A DNA stretch of 40,000 nucleotides, from the sequence record MG720308.1; one strand, given 5' to 3'. The translations under genes were made by a program, and so were the position numbers. Below, one piece after another: positions 26,581 through 36,607 of the stretch; the first letter of the stretch is position 1, and every line of letters begins with the position of its first letter. Under the pieces are notes generated by a model. The model was not told the origin of the DNA. It was given only the letters and a program-made list of their open reading frames with translations, and did not search any database. The stretch comes from Vibrio phage Aphrodite1.

Positions 26581-27996
26581 ATGAACGAACTGAATAAATT
26601 GTACGTCGCAATTACACGTACTTGGAACGCTACCCATAATGACATGGGTAAGCTTGAGTTGGAACTGGACGGTAACAAATACCCGATCACATTAGACGGG
26701 ATGCCAGTTTACTTACCGTTTAATGAAGCACTAGAGCAAGACACGACCGACATCGTGTTCTTCCATCCGGCGTGTGAATCTATCATCTCTAAAGAGACTG
26801 AGATTTTCCGCATTATCCGCAAGTTAGTTGGCCTGCAATTACTGACACATTTCAAGAAGTTTGCGCCTGTTTTGTTTGATATTGCAAACAAGAAAGCCAA
26901 GCGTGGTTTGCGTAACGATCTCTTGGAACACATCGAAGTGATCAAGACGGCTAAAGCGGGTCATCGTAAAGAAGTTGCAGGGCTGCTTGACCACATGGCG
27001 GTGGAACTAGAGGACGATAACCTAGATCGCCGTTTTATCCACTTTGATATCAAACGTGGCGGTCGTAGTAAACTTACCGGCGACAAAACCTACTACAGCT
27101 GTAAACCAACTTTCCCGTTCTACAACGAACTTGTCCGTCGTCTAACTCGCACTGAAGGTGAACCAGCGAATAAGCAGGTTAAGATCTTAGGTCGTGAGTT
27201 TTCTCGTGGTGCCTTAGTGGTGGCTGAAGAAATCTTCCGTTTCGTATTGCCGGGTGTTGAAGATCCATTGGCTTACGAGCAAGAACAAACCTCAGCAGAA
27301 GCAGCACGCTTCACGGTATTGGTGAACACATACGCCTCAGTTATCGGCGACATGAACAACCTCCAAAACACGTTCCGTGCAGACTTTGACAAAGTAGGCG
27401 TTTACGAAATCGATACTTCGTTCACTACAATGTTGGAAGACATTGACGTCATCTATAAGCAAGTTCCACCTATGCCTTATAACTCTCAATCTAGCGGTTC
27501 TGAAAACGCTCGTGCTGAAGTTCAAACGCAACAGATGGTGACTAACTTAATGAGTCAGTCTTCTCACCAATCAACGGGTATTGAAAACGTATTACCGACT
27601 AACCATGTTGGCGGTGGCACTACAACGGAAGTTCAAACAGCAACTGCTAATGACGGTTACGCGTCTTTGGTTCGTGCTTCTCTAGCACCGGGTGAAACAT
27701 GGGTGGGTGTATCCCAAGACCCTAATACTGGTCAGTTCATTCACACAGTCCAATCACCATCTGGTCCGGTACAAATTCGTTACACTCGCCAAGGTAACTT
27801 CTTGAGCCGTGAGTCGTCAATGATGCCGGGTATGGGTATGATGAACAACATGTTACCTTATGGTTACAACATGAACCAAGCACAAATGGCTGCTATCATG
27901 GCTGGCGGAATGAACCCTGCTATCCAAGAACAACCTTTATCTTACAACCACGTCACCCCAAGTCAGCCAATCACTGAACCGGCGACCACTTGGTAA
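26581..27996 (+). CDS. hypothetical protein (471 aa) with low-complexity Met/Gly/Asn/Gln-rich C-terminus
   Basis: Intact ORF; C-term MMPGMGMMNNMLPYGYNMNQAQMAAIMAGGMNP. Confidence 0.75.
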   Translation: MNELNKLYVAITRTWNATHNDMGKLELELDGNKYPITLDGMPVYLPFNEALEQDTTDIVFFHPACESIISKETEIFRIIRKLVGLQLLTHFKKFAPVLFDIANKKAKRGLRNDLLEHIEVIKTAKAGHRKEVAGLLDHMAVELEDDNLDRRFIHFDIKRGGRSKLTGDKTYYSCKPTFPFYNELVRRLTRTEGEPANKQVKILGREFSRGALVVAEEIFRFVLPGVEDPLAYEQEQTSAEAARFTVLVNTYASVIGDMNNLQNTFRADFDKVGVYEIDTSFTTMLEDIDVIYKQVPPMPYNSQSSGSENARAEVQTQQMVTNLMSQSSHQSTGIENVLPTNHVGGGTTTEVQTATANDGYASLVRASLAPGETWVGVSQDPNTGQFIHTVQSPSGPVQIRYTRQGNFLSRESSMMPGMGMMNNMLPYGYNMNQAQMAAIMAGGMNPAIQEQPLSYNHVTPSQPITEPATTW

Positions 27997-28002
27997 TCAC
28001 AC

Positions 28003-28026
28003 CCCGGGAACCTACGGGTTCCCGGG
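28003..28026 (+). terminator. hairpin CCCGGGAACC-TACG-GGTTCCCGGG + T-rich
   Basis: 10-bp perfect stem followed by ATTACTTTTTATT. Confidence 0.85.
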
Positions 28027-28062
28027 ATTACTTTTTATTCATTAACTTTTCGGAGAAACCAC

Positions 28063-28689
28063 ATGTTAAAGCGCTTAAGCTCGGCTGAAGTCCAAGCCCT
28101 AGATCCAAAGGACCTAGAAGCATATCAACTTAAACTCATGGAAGAAGATTCCTTTGACGTTACTGAGATCTTAGAGAAAAACCCACCAAAGCCAAATGGT
28201 GGTTCGATCGATATCCTACGTCCGGCTTTAGTGGACAAAGAAGACCCAACCAAAGGTTGGACAGTTTACGGGCTGTTCTCAAACGAGTTCAGTAAATTGG
28301 AAGAGGTTACACTGGACGACATCATTAAAAATGTTAAAGCGAGAATCGAATCTCCTGAAGGCATGCTTTGTGAGGTTGGAGCTCGCCCGCCTATCGATAA
28401 AGAAAAATACCAAGCTACAGCAAACGGCGTTAAAGGTTATAAACAACTCATTGTTGCGCATTTCAATAACAGAGAAGCCCGCATTGGTTGTCGTGTTGTC
28501 GATATTCGTTTAGGTCGCTCTGGGATACATGTGACTTTCATCCCCGAAGGCGATAAAGCCGAGTTAGTGGAGAAATGGATTAAAGACCCTAAAGTTTCAT
28601 TGCGTATGTACCCTCGCTTTGGTTACAATACTAAACTAGAGCAAGAGTTCATCACCTTTGACTTAGATAAAGAAATACTATTGCCTTAA
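28063..28689 (+). CDS. hypothetical protein (208 aa)
   Basis: Intact ORF. Confidence 0.75.
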   Translation: MLKRLSSAEVQALDPKDLEAYQLKLMEEDSFDVTEILEKNPPKPNGGSIDILRPALVDKEDPTKGWTVYGLFSNEFSKLEEVTLDDIIKNVKARIESPEGMLCEVGARPPIDKEKYQATANGVKGYKQLIVAHFNNREARIGCRVVDIRLGRSGIHVTFIPEGDKAELVEKWIKDPKVSLRMYPRFGYNTKLEQEFITFDLDKEILLP

Positions 28690-28694
28690 TAATC

Positions 28695-28726
28695 CGTACC
28701 CACCTCCTGTTAGGGAGGTGGGTACG
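28695..28726. terminator. bidirectional terminator hairpin CGTACCCACCTCC...GGAGGTGGGTACG
   Basis: 13-bp perfect stem between convergent genes. Confidence 0.85.
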
Positions 28727-28741
28727 AAAGTCTATTTATTT

Positions 28742-29062
28742 TTAACGTTTAAGGTTCATGCGTTGTACTAACTTATTAATAACTGCCGGTTCAATTATTA
28801 GTACCTCTTTCATATCTCCTATGTACTGTGAAGGATTTTCAACGTCATTTAAAAACGCCACAGTCCAGTGCAGGTGTTGAGGTACATTAAAGCTTTCCCA
28901 TAGCACACGGTAAAAATCATAACGATGAGCGTGTAGAAAGCTTAAGTCTTGTATCGGGTACTTACCAGCGACAGAAAGTAAATACTCCTTATTAGAACGG
29001 ATCATGGTTTTATATTCGTCAGTAAAAAACTGATCCATAGTCGGGGGTAGTTCAATCGCCAT
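28742..29062 (-). CDS. hypothetical protein (106 aa)
   Basis: Minus-strand ORF with convergent terminator and divergent promoter region. Confidence 0.65.
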   Translation of the reverse strand: MAIELPPTMDQFFTDEYKTMIRSNKEYLLSVAGKYPIQDLSFLHAHRYDFYRVLWESFNVPQHLHWTVAFLNDVENPSQYIGDMKEVLIIEPAVINKLVQRMNLKR

Positions 29063-29108
29063 AACTAACCTTTTGAATGAGTGAGCAAAGACCTAATATA
29101 AAACAGGT

Positions 29109-29126
29109 CTATATTATCTAAGTGTG
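29109..29126 (+). promoter_or_regulatory. candidate early promoter CTATATTATCTAAGTGTG
   Basis: Recurrent motif, 32 bp upstream of the RNAP beta-C gene. Confidence 0.6.
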
Positions 29127-29157
29127 AACCAACCTAAGTAACATCAAAGGTAATCCA

Positions 29158-31260
29158 ATGAAAGTCTATAAAATCGATAACCAAATTTTACCAGAGGTGA
29201 CGTCCATCGCGATCAACCTCGCTGCAAATCCACACAATGCAGCATCTGGACGTAAGTACATGTCTGGTAACATGATTCCGAAATCATGTCGTGCAAAAGG
29301 CATTACCAAACGTCGTATCACTTCTGGCTTTGAGCGTCAGTACGGTGATCATGCTCGTAAGATTGTTGCGCCAAGCAACATGGAAGTGGAACTGGTCATT
29401 TACCGTAAGTCCATCAAATCTCAAGATGCGCGTACCGATGATTGGGGTGAGATACACGTCGTATACTTCGATGCAGATCTGCAACGATACGATGTACTAC
29501 ATCTACCTAAATATCATACGCATAACTTCTATGTGGGTTTTGAATACGACTACGATAAACAAATGTTAAATCGCCTACGTAAGGGGGCAACTTATGCTAA
29601 AGGTGAGGTCTTCGCTAAGTCCCCGGGGATAGATGATACCGGGGAATGGAAGTTCGGACTAGAGACCATGGTAGCCGGTATGACCTTACCGTCTACCGAA
29701 GAAGACGGCATCATGGTCCGTGATGATTACCTAGACCGTCTGATGGTGATGTTTGAACACGTACGTAAGTTCAGTTGGAATGAAGCAGAGTATATCCCAG
29801 TTAACCTTTATGGTACATTGGATAACCCTAAGGCATTCCCTGAGAACGGGGAGCGTGTTCGTGACGACGGACTGGTGATGGCATTCCGTCGAAGAGATGG
29901 CAATTCCGGATTAGCGTCTCTTACCAAGAAAGCGTTAATGAAACCTGACTTACTCTATGACGTGAAGTTCTATGCCCCACCTCACTCTATTGTTAAGAAT
30001 ATCGAAGTGCGTTCAGAACGCCTTAAGGATCGTTCTAATAACCGACGAGTTGAGAAACCAAGTTACGCTCATACCAAACTGCTGGAGATGTATGAGACTG
30101 AAGATAACAACATGTGGTACACATTAAAGATGTGGTACATTCATCAGATCAAGAAATTTGGGTCAGATGAAAGACTGCCGTTCTCTAATGAGTTACTTGC
30201 GTTTATTTATCAGTCGTTTGGTAACGTCACCAAAGATTACGCTCTCAATAAACCAAACTTCACTAAACGTACACACCGCAACAAGTCTTTGTTGGATTGG
30301 AACGTTAAAGTCACATTAAAAGAAGACGTGGCAGGTAAAGTCCGCTTTAAACTGTCCGACTTGAACGGTGGTAAAGGGGTGATCGTTAAAGTCTTTAAGA
30401 AAGAAGACGCTCCAGTGGATGAGTACGGTCGTTCCCCAGAAATCATCGTTAACAACACACCGGCATTCCGTCGTCAAATCTATGCATCTTTGATGGAAGC
30501 TTCGATCAACTTTATCAACCTTAACGTTTACGATGAGGTCATGAAATATCGTGAATCAGGGGATTATGATAAAGCGTATCAATCGTTGTTGGATTTCTAC
30601 GAAGTTACTTCACCTGAGTTCTTCCGTATTGTAGATACGGTTGGTAAGGGTGACCCTAACTTTAAGTTCGACCACGTTGATTACATCAAGAAAGAAGGCA
30701 TGATTTCTATCCAACGTCGTAGTGATTCCGAGATCGTGGGTGTGGAGGTTATCCGTCGTCTTTCTGAACGTTATGGTCAATGGAAACCTACTCCAGTTAC
30801 TTTCACCAATGACCTAGGTCAACGTGAGAAAACACTGGAGCCAGTAATTATTAGTTCCATGCATTATTTGTTGCTGGATAAGTTTGGCACGGAGATGTCC
30901 TCAGAGTCATTTCCTAAGCGCAACCTATATGGTTTGCCAGCTAAACTGAACGCTAATGATAAGTACAACAAACACTACCGCAGTAAAGTAGACCGTAACA
31001 CAGGTGAAACTGAAGCCCGTATTGCTATCTCTCATGAAGGTGGTGAAGAAACTGCTCGTATGTTAACTCTAGCTAACTCACCGGAGGCAGCTAGAATGGG
31101 GATTAAGCGCATCATTCGTGCTGATGACCCATTTGCTGTACCTGAGTTAGTGAAACGTGAAGAGTACCGTACTAACCGTGCGTTACAACTCACTATGAAT
31201 ATGTTAACAGACGCTGGATATGAACTAAGGACTGAAAATGAAAACGATCTCACTTCGTGA
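29158..31260 (+). CDS. phage RNA polymerase beta C-terminal subunit (phiKZ gp71-73-like position)
   Basis: KLSDLNGGKGVIVKVFKKEDAPVDEYGRSPEIIVNNTPAFRR parallels bacterial beta [35 protein letters not shown]. Confidence 0.85.
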   Translation: MKVYKIDNQILPEVTSIAINLAANPHNAASGRKYMSGNMIPKSCRAKGITKRRITSGFERQYGDHARKIVAPSNMEVELVIYRKSIKSQDARTDDWGEIHVVYFDADLQRYDVLHLPKYHTHNFYVGFEYDYDKQMLNRLRKGATYAKGEVFAKSPGIDDTGEWKFGLETMVAGMTLPSTEEDGIMVRDDYLDRLMVMFEHVRKFSWNEAEYIPVNLYGTLDNPKAFPENGERVRDDGLVMAFRRRDGNSGLASLTKKALMKPDLLYDVKFYAPPHSIVKNIEVRSERLKDRSNNRRVEKPSYAHTKLLEMYETEDNNMWYTLKMWYIHQIKKFGSDERLPFSNELLAFIYQSFGNVTKDYALNKPNFTKRTHRNKSLLDWNVKVTLKEDVAGKVRFKLSDLNGGKGVIVKVFKKEDAPVDEYGRSPEIIVNNTPAFRRQIYASLMEASINFINLNVYDEVMKYRESGDYDKAYQSLLDFYEVTSPEFFRIVDTVGKGDPNFKFDHVDYIKKEGMISIQRRSDSEIVGVEVIRRLSERYGQWKPTPVTFTNDLGQREKTLEPVIISSMHYLLLDKFGTEMSSESFPKRNLYGLPAKLNANDKYNKHYRSKVDRNTGETEARIAISHEGGEETARMLTLANSPEAARMGIKRIIRADDPFAVPELVKREEYRTNRALQLTMNMLTDAGYELRTENENDLTS

Positions 31261-33223
31261 ATTTGCTAACTTATCGGAAAAAGAAGTTATCGGATGGCGT
31301 AAAGATTTAATCAAGGTCAAAGTCATCGATGATGAAGGTAAGGAGTTAGTTAGTAATACTTATGACCTTATCATGACTTGGTATGGATTAGAACTCCACC
31401 GTCGTTACGAACACCTTAAAATTCCGTACACGATTAAGGAGATCATCCATTGTAAAGTCTATAACGATCAGACGTTACAGAGACCCCTGCAATACATGCT
31501 GGACATCCTCATCTCTCACGTGGGGGATCCAGTTGAAGCTGACTTCATAAAACAGATTGTTTACATCTGGCATTTCAAGATCAACAACATTCTGGTTTAC
31601 CTAGGCTCACCGGGTGTGATCTCAGCGACCGCAGAAGACGTTATGGAAGTTTTCAATCATCCAATGATTGCGGATATCCGAGAACGCCTTCGTCGTGGTG
31701 AAATAACGTACGATGAAGCAGAAGAAGAGTTTAAACAAACGGTACTTCGTGAACCAACGTTGGACTTCTCTACCTTCATTATGCAGGCTCGTACTGGAGC
31801 GGTTTCCATCAACCAAGGTTTCCAAACCTTTATTTCTCGTGGGGCGTGTTTCGATCTGAATAACCGAATCATGCCGAACCCTATCGAACCTTCCTTTGCC
31901 GAAGGCATTACTAACCTAGCGGACGTACTAGCTGAATCTCGTTCAGCCGGTAAAGCACTGGTATCCAACGGTAAAGCACTGGAAGACTCGGAGTGGTTCC
32001 ACCGTAAGTTACACTTAACCGCCAGCCCAGTGAAAGACATCGATCACTACCATGATTGTGGGACCACCACGGTAGTACCGGTTAGTCTTAAATCGAAAGA
32101 TTTAATTAATTCACTGCAAGGTAAATACTACCATGATGAGAACGGCAACCTTAGACTGATTACTCGAGATGAAGTTAAGAAGTTAAAGGTGGGGGAAACT
32201 ATCCACTTACGCTCTATGCAGTTTTGTCGTAACGAGAAAGCACCTTGTGCGGTTTGTTATGGGCAAATGCGAATGTCTGTACCGTACAATGTTATCATGC
32301 GTAAATCCGCTAACCCGGGAATGTTGAGCGGTACCGCGATAGCAGAACCTATTGGACAAGGTATGTTATCAACTAAGCACTTTATGCGACATGTGCAGGC
32401 GGTACCATTTACAGTCATGACTGGTGACGAAGAATATATTACAACTAACGGTGACGATATATTCCTCAAACCAGAAATGGTTAAATCTGGAACCCGCATT
32501 CAACTTCCCGTTTCGATGATCAGTGAACTAACTGACCTACGTTCTATGGAAAACTTAGATGAAGTACAAGACGATCAGTTGACGTGCTTCCCGACGTTAA
32601 CCTTAACGTATGAAATGGAAGACCCGATGTTACCGGGAACCAAAACCAACACCACTGTTCACTTAGATACTCAAGTGAGTTCTCGACAAGCTCGAATGTC
32701 TAAAGAGTTTATCGAGTACACCATGCTACATGGTTGGGAGAAAACTAAGAAATACATCGAAATTGATATTAAGGATTTCGATACCGATTACCCGCTACTG
32801 TGTCTACCTTATGTATATGAGGATTTGGATAAATACCGTAGTGAGATCGAATCGTTCTTAGCGTTATCTCGTCGTAATAAAGCATGGCGTGACACCCAAG
32901 TTACTCCAGAGTTCTTTGGACAAGTGATGACGGATTTCTGGTTATTGATTAACCGTAAGTTCAAAAACATCAACATGGTACACATAGAGACACTCTTACA
33001 CAGTACAACCGCCGTGGCACCTAGCGAGGGATTGTATAGGTTGCCGGTGGGGGACGAACCACGTTACTTTATACCGTTTAAGAACGCTATCGAGAATCGT
33101 GGCTTTGGTTCTTTGATCATCTATCAGGGTCAAAACAAAGTGATTGAATCCCCTTCAACGTTTTCTGTTAAAGAGCGTCAGGCGACAGCAATGGAGTGTT
33201 TCTTCACAAACGCCGCTAACTAG
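31238..33223 (+). CDS. phage RNA polymerase beta' C-terminal subunit (phiKZ gp74-like position)
   Basis: SRGACFDLNNRIMPNPIEPSFAEGITNLADVLAESRSAGKAL (cf. SGARG...[25 protein letters not shown]) and CAVCYGQMR...GTAIAEPIGQGMLSTKHFMRH (cf. CxxCYG...[21 protein letters not shown]). Confidence 0.87.
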   Translation: MKTISLREFANLSEKEVIGWRKDLIKVKVIDDEGKELVSNTYDLIMTWYGLELHRRYEHLKIPYTIKEIIHCKVYNDQTLQRPLQYMLDILISHVGDPVEADFIKQIVYIWHFKINNILVYLGSPGVISATAEDVMEVFNHPMIADIRERLRRGEITYDEAEEEFKQTVLREPTLDFSTFIMQARTGAVSINQGFQTFISRGACFDLNNRIMPNPIEPSFAEGITNLADVLAESRSAGKALVSNGKALEDSEWFHRKLHLTASPVKDIDHYHDCGTTTVVPVSLKSKDLINSLQGKYYHDENGNLRLITRDEVKKLKVGETIHLRSMQFCRNEKAPCAVCYGQMRMSVPYNVIMRKSANPGMLSGTAIAEPIGQGMLSTKHFMRHVQAVPFTVMTGDEEYITTNGDDIFLKPEMVKSGTRIQLPVSMISELTDLRSMENLDEVQDDQLTCFPTLTLTYEMEDPMLPGTKTNTTVHLDTQVSSRQARMSKEFIEYTMLHGWEKTKKYIEIDIKDFDTDYPLLCLPYVYEDLDKYRSEIESFLALSRRNKAWRDTQVTPEFFGQVMTDFWLLINRKFKNINMVHIETLLHSTTAVAPSEGLYRLPVGDEPRYFIPFKNAIENRGFGSLIIYQGQNKVIESPSTFSVKERQATAMECFFTNAAN

Positions 33224-33231
33224 GAGGTAAC

Positions 33232-34764
33232 ATGCGCTCTACTGTAACTGTGTGGAAGGGCGGGACTTACCTAAGAATAACAGACTACAAAGCGCCGTTC
33301 GTAAAAGACGTCATTATGCCGTTTTGTCGACGGCGCTTATATCGTTTGGGTCAAGAACCGATCCCCGGGACTAGACAAAAACGTACTGTAGTCACGCATT
33401 CTTTTGCTCGTATGAATAATGACCGAAGTGAGTTTAGAATCTCAGCAGGGTTGCTTGATGACTTCATCCAGTTTATGGAAGGAGTGGGTTACAAGCAATC
33501 ACGTGTTCAGATTAAAGACGAACCGGTTATCAAAGGGAAGGACGTTGAGTTTAAATGGAGAGAGGGTTGGGGTGCGCCTAGACCGCATCAGGAAGACTGG
33601 TGTGAGTATCAGTTAGCCGATGGTCCGGTTAAGGTAAACAACGCTGCCACAGGCCAAGGAAAAACGTTTATGGCGACGCATACCATGGTGAATACTGGTA
33701 AGCGTACGTTAATCACGTGTCTCCCACGTTATGTTTCCATTTGGTTTGAATCGCTGGGTAACTCCGTTGAGTTGCTCCCAGAAGACATCATGTTGGTGGG
33801 TAATGGTAAGATCGAAGAAGCTGCTGAGACCATTAAAGAAGGTCGAGCGGACCCTAAAATCATTATCTTGCCACTGACTCGATATGACACGTATTTAAAA
33901 CGTGAACGTGAAGAAGAGATCCCATGTCTGGACGAAGTCTTTAATGACATGGAAATTGGTCTCCGAATCATGGATGAAGCACACGAAGATATTTATCGTG
34001 TGTACATGTCGATGTTGTTTGGGAACTTCGAAAAAACCATCGCACTCTCAGCGACGCTCAAGGCGGACGATGCTTTCGTTAACGATATTTATCGTTACGT
34101 GTATCCACCTAAGATGCGACTCAAAGAACCTGAGTATGATAAGTACATCGATGTAGTAGCGTACCACCACTACATCGACATGCAGAAATACCGTATCAAC
34201 ACCAAAGGGTTTGGTGGGTATTCTCATGTTAAGTATGAACAAGCCATACTCAAAAATCCAAAGTTGTACGGTCAGTACCTTGGTTTGTGTAAGCAAGCCT
34301 TTGAAGAATTTTACGCGAATGACCATAAAGAAGGTCAAAAGTGTTTGTGGTTCTTCAGTACGGTAGAAATGGCAACTCGGATGAAAGAGGACTTTGAGAA
34401 AGCATATCCGGACATGGATATCTGGAAGTTCACCAATACGGAATCTAAGAACAAAGAAACGGAAATGTCCTACATGGAACACCAAGTCGTCTTTACGACT
34501 CCACAGTCTTGTGGTACTGGTAAAGACATACCAGACTTGGCGGTAGCGTTCAGTCCGTATGCTTGTTCTTCTAGACAACGTAATGACCAAATGTTAGGTC
34601 GTACACGTCCGTTGAAGAACTACCCGGGTGATAGTCCTAAGTTCGTCTACTTTGTGTGTAGTTCTATCCCTAAGCAGAAAGAGTACCACCAGAAGCGAAA
34701 AGAGTTGTTCTCTGTGAAGTCCAAGTCACATCGAAACATCAATTCTTTCCACCACATTACTTAG
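33232..34764 (+). CDS. superfamily 2 DNA/RNA helicase (UvsW-like)
   Basis: Walker A AATGQGKTF, DEAH box MDEAHED, motif III LSATL, motif VI-like QRNDQMLGRTRP. Confidence 0.88.
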   Translation: MRSTVTVWKGGTYLRITDYKAPFVKDVIMPFCRRRLYRLGQEPIPGTRQKRTVVTHSFARMNNDRSEFRISAGLLDDFIQFMEGVGYKQSRVQIKDEPVIKGKDVEFKWREGWGAPRPHQEDWCEYQLADGPVKVNNAATGQGKTFMATHTMVNTGKRTLITCLPRYVSIWFESLGNSVELLPEDIMLVGNGKIEEAAETIKEGRADPKIIILPLTRYDTYLKREREEEIPCLDEVFNDMEIGLRIMDEAHEDIYRVYMSMLFGNFEKTIALSATLKADDAFVNDIYRYVYPPKMRLKEPEYDKYIDVVAYHHYIDMQKYRINTKGFGGYSHVKYEQAILKNPKLYGQYLGLCKQAFEEFYANDHKEGQKCLWFFSTVEMATRMKEDFEKAYPDMDIWKFTNTESKNKETEMSYMEHQVVFTTPQSCGTGKDIPDLAVAFSPYACSSRQRNDQMLGRTRPLKNYPGDSPKFVYFVCSSIPKQKEYHQKRKELFSVKSKSHRNINSFHHIT

Positions 34765-34770
34765 CCCACC

Positions 34771-34803
34771 AATATCGACCTGAAGTAATTTCAGGTCGAT
34801 ATT
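34771..34803 (+). terminator. hairpin AATATCGACCTGAA-GTAAT-TTCAGGTCGATATT
   Basis: 14-bp perfect stem directly downstream of the helicase. Confidence 0.7.
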
Positions 34804-34830
34804 ATTTATGTGTACAATGGAGTTATTGTT

Positions 34831-35181
34831 ATGTCACCGTTATTAAGAAACATCAAGTTAAACCTGTTAATCAACACAACTTATTATTCTCTCTTCACGG
34901 AAGTCAATTCATTAAAGCTTCTTGCTAACTTATTCCTTGAAGACCACCCAAATAACACCCAACCACCGTTCTCATACGACGAATTACCGGAATGGAAAGA
35001 AGAGCTCATTGAGTCCCTTCACCAACTTCTAAAGACCGAAGACGAAGGTCGTCGATTCGGAGAACAACTTATTCTTAACTTCTCAGAAGGTTATACTTTG
35101 GAGGAAACTACCACTAGTAAAAACTTCGTACAAATAACGTTCTGTTTGAGACAAGAACCCAACCATGACAACCAAGGCTAA
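34831..35181 (+). CDS. hypothetical protein (start trimmed from 34810)
   Basis: ATG 34831 after GGAGTTATTGTT. Confidence 0.65.
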   Translation: MSPLLRNIKLNLLINTTYYSLFTEVNSLKLLANLFLEDHPNNTQPPFSYDELPEWKEELIESLHQLLKTEDEGRRFGEQLILNFSEGYTLEETTTSKNFVQITFCLRQEPNHDNQG

Positions 35182-35602
35182 CACTATGGAAATTTTCGTG
35201 AACATCAATAACGAGTATGGTTATCCAGACGAAGTATTTGACATTACACTGGAACACTTATCCGGGTTATTAATTTCCACGAAAATGACACCCGATGAAC
35301 TCCATGATGATTTGGAGCTCTCGGTGGAGAATGTGTTGGAAACCTATAACCCTAAGTTTCATGAAAATATGGACGACTACGTTCTACTGGCTGATATAGA
35401 AAACCGTTTCTTTCAAGCCATGAGCGATTCTAAGGACCTGTTAAACGAAGTCCTAGGTAACCACCCAGAACTTCGTTATATGTACATGCAGAACATTAGA
35501 GACGTCGACATAAAGAAACTATCCGGTAATTGGGGGTTGTTACAAGTCACCATAGATCCACCCGGAGGTGAGACATGGAAACAAACAATCCAAAAATCTT
35601 AA
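35165..35602 (+). CDS. hypothetical protein (145 aa; start may be 35186)
   Basis: Overlapping same-strand gene. Confidence 0.65.
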   Translation: MTTKANTMEIFVNINNEYGYPDEVFDITLEHLSGLLISTKMTPDELHDDLELSVENVLETYNPKFHENMDDYVLLADIENRFFQAMSDSKDLLNEVLGNHPELRYMYMQNIRDVDIKKLSGNWGLLQVTIDPPGGETWKQTIQKS

Positions 35603-35982
35603 GTGTGGTATTCACACATGTATTCCCTAACAACGAGTACATCTCTCACGAAACATATCAACGAGTCATCGAATGTGGAGTAAGAGAAATTTTCCAACAC
35701 GGTTCTTACCAACCCACTATACTAGCTTCGGTAGTGGAATCTGTGATGGACGAACTGGACGGTATGCATGGGATGATGTCTTATTCCTTTGCATTCGATC
35801 AAGTTTACGCTGACCTTTATGAGTTTCTTGAAGACGTCATATTGGGTCCAGCAAACATTGATTCATTAAACACATTAACCACGTTATACGGGACAGGGGA
35901 AATTCACTCAATATTGCATTCCCCTGTTATGACTAACATTCTATTGTTAGTAAGTTTACCTCATTCATTAATTAAAAATTAA
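35575..35982 (+). CDS. hypothetical protein (135 aa)
   Basis: GGAGGTGAG RBS before ATG 35575. Confidence 0.7.
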   Translation: METNNPKILSVVFTHVFPNNEYISHETYQRVIECGVREIFQHGSYQPTILASVVESVMDELDGMHGMMSYSFAFDQVYADLYEFLEDVILGPANIDSLNTLTTLYGTGEIHSILHSPVMTNILLLVSLPHSLIKN

Positions 35983-35994
35983 AAGGAATCTCCC

Positions 35995-36435
35995 ATGCAA
36001 TTCAACCTTGTGGGTACCCCATCTCTAGCTTCTAAAATCAACGGCACTCTACTGGTGCAAACCCAGACTCTCTTCTTTAACCTGTTGTTAGAAGAACTTA
36101 TTACTGCGCGTCGCGTAGCAATGGGCGTCCAACCAGAACTTAAAGAAGATGAAGATCACGATCCTGATGTGGATTCTGAAAACCGTATCCTTGACATGTG
36201 TGAAGCGATTATTGGTGAGGTTCCAGAAGACCGACCAGAAGAAGAACACAAGTCAATGTTGGAAGCATTAGAAAAAGACATCTCTAACCTATTGCACGAA
36301 GCGGCAGAAGTCTTCAGTAACAACCCTGATAACAACGATCAACTAGATGTATTGTCTAATCAAAACCTAAATGACGTTAAAGAACTTAACTGGGTGTTGA
36401 GCGAAACCGGTAACCTAGCATTGCGTCTAAAATAA
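35995..36435 (+). CDS. hypothetical protein (146 aa)
   Basis: AAGGAA RBS, intact ORF. Confidence 0.75.
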   Translation: MQFNLVGTPSLASKINGTLLVQTQTLFFNLLLEELITARRVAMGVQPELKEDEDHDPDVDSENRILDMCEAIIGEVPEDRPEEEHKSMLEALEKDISNLLHEAAEVFSNNPDNNDQLDVLSNQNLNDVKELNWVLSETGNLALRLK

Positions 36436-36446
36436 CGAACACAATA

Positions 36447-36500
36447 ATAACCTCGTACTCCGCTAAGGAGTACGAGGTTATAACGGTTCTTATTTTTTTT
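36447..36500 (+). terminator. intrinsic terminator ATAACCTCGTACTCC-GCTAA-GGAGTACGAGGTTAT + T8
   Basis: 15-bp perfect stem followed by AACGGTTCTTATTTTTTTT. Confidence 0.92.
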
Positions 36501-36504
36501 GATG

Positions 36505-36531
36505 AAAAAAGAAGGGGTGACTGCCACCCCC
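36505..36531 (-). terminator. minus-strand terminator GGGGTG-hairpin followed by TTCTTTTTT
   Basis: Minus-strand reading GGGGGTGGCAGTCACCCCTTCTTTTTTC, downstream of the 36608 gene. Confidence 0.75.
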
Positions 36532-36607
36532 GTAATAATGTTTGTTCCAAGTTGGAGACAAACAACCCCATCAAAAAGAAGGACACCTAAAGCGTCATAT
36601 AATGGGT

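Noticed and set aside
29158-33223. Searched for a second intron in the beta-C and beta'-C genes, since phiKZ has one in the 71-73 region
   Set aside because: Both reading frames are continuous through their landmark motifs; no P7-like GACTA/TAGTC context seen.
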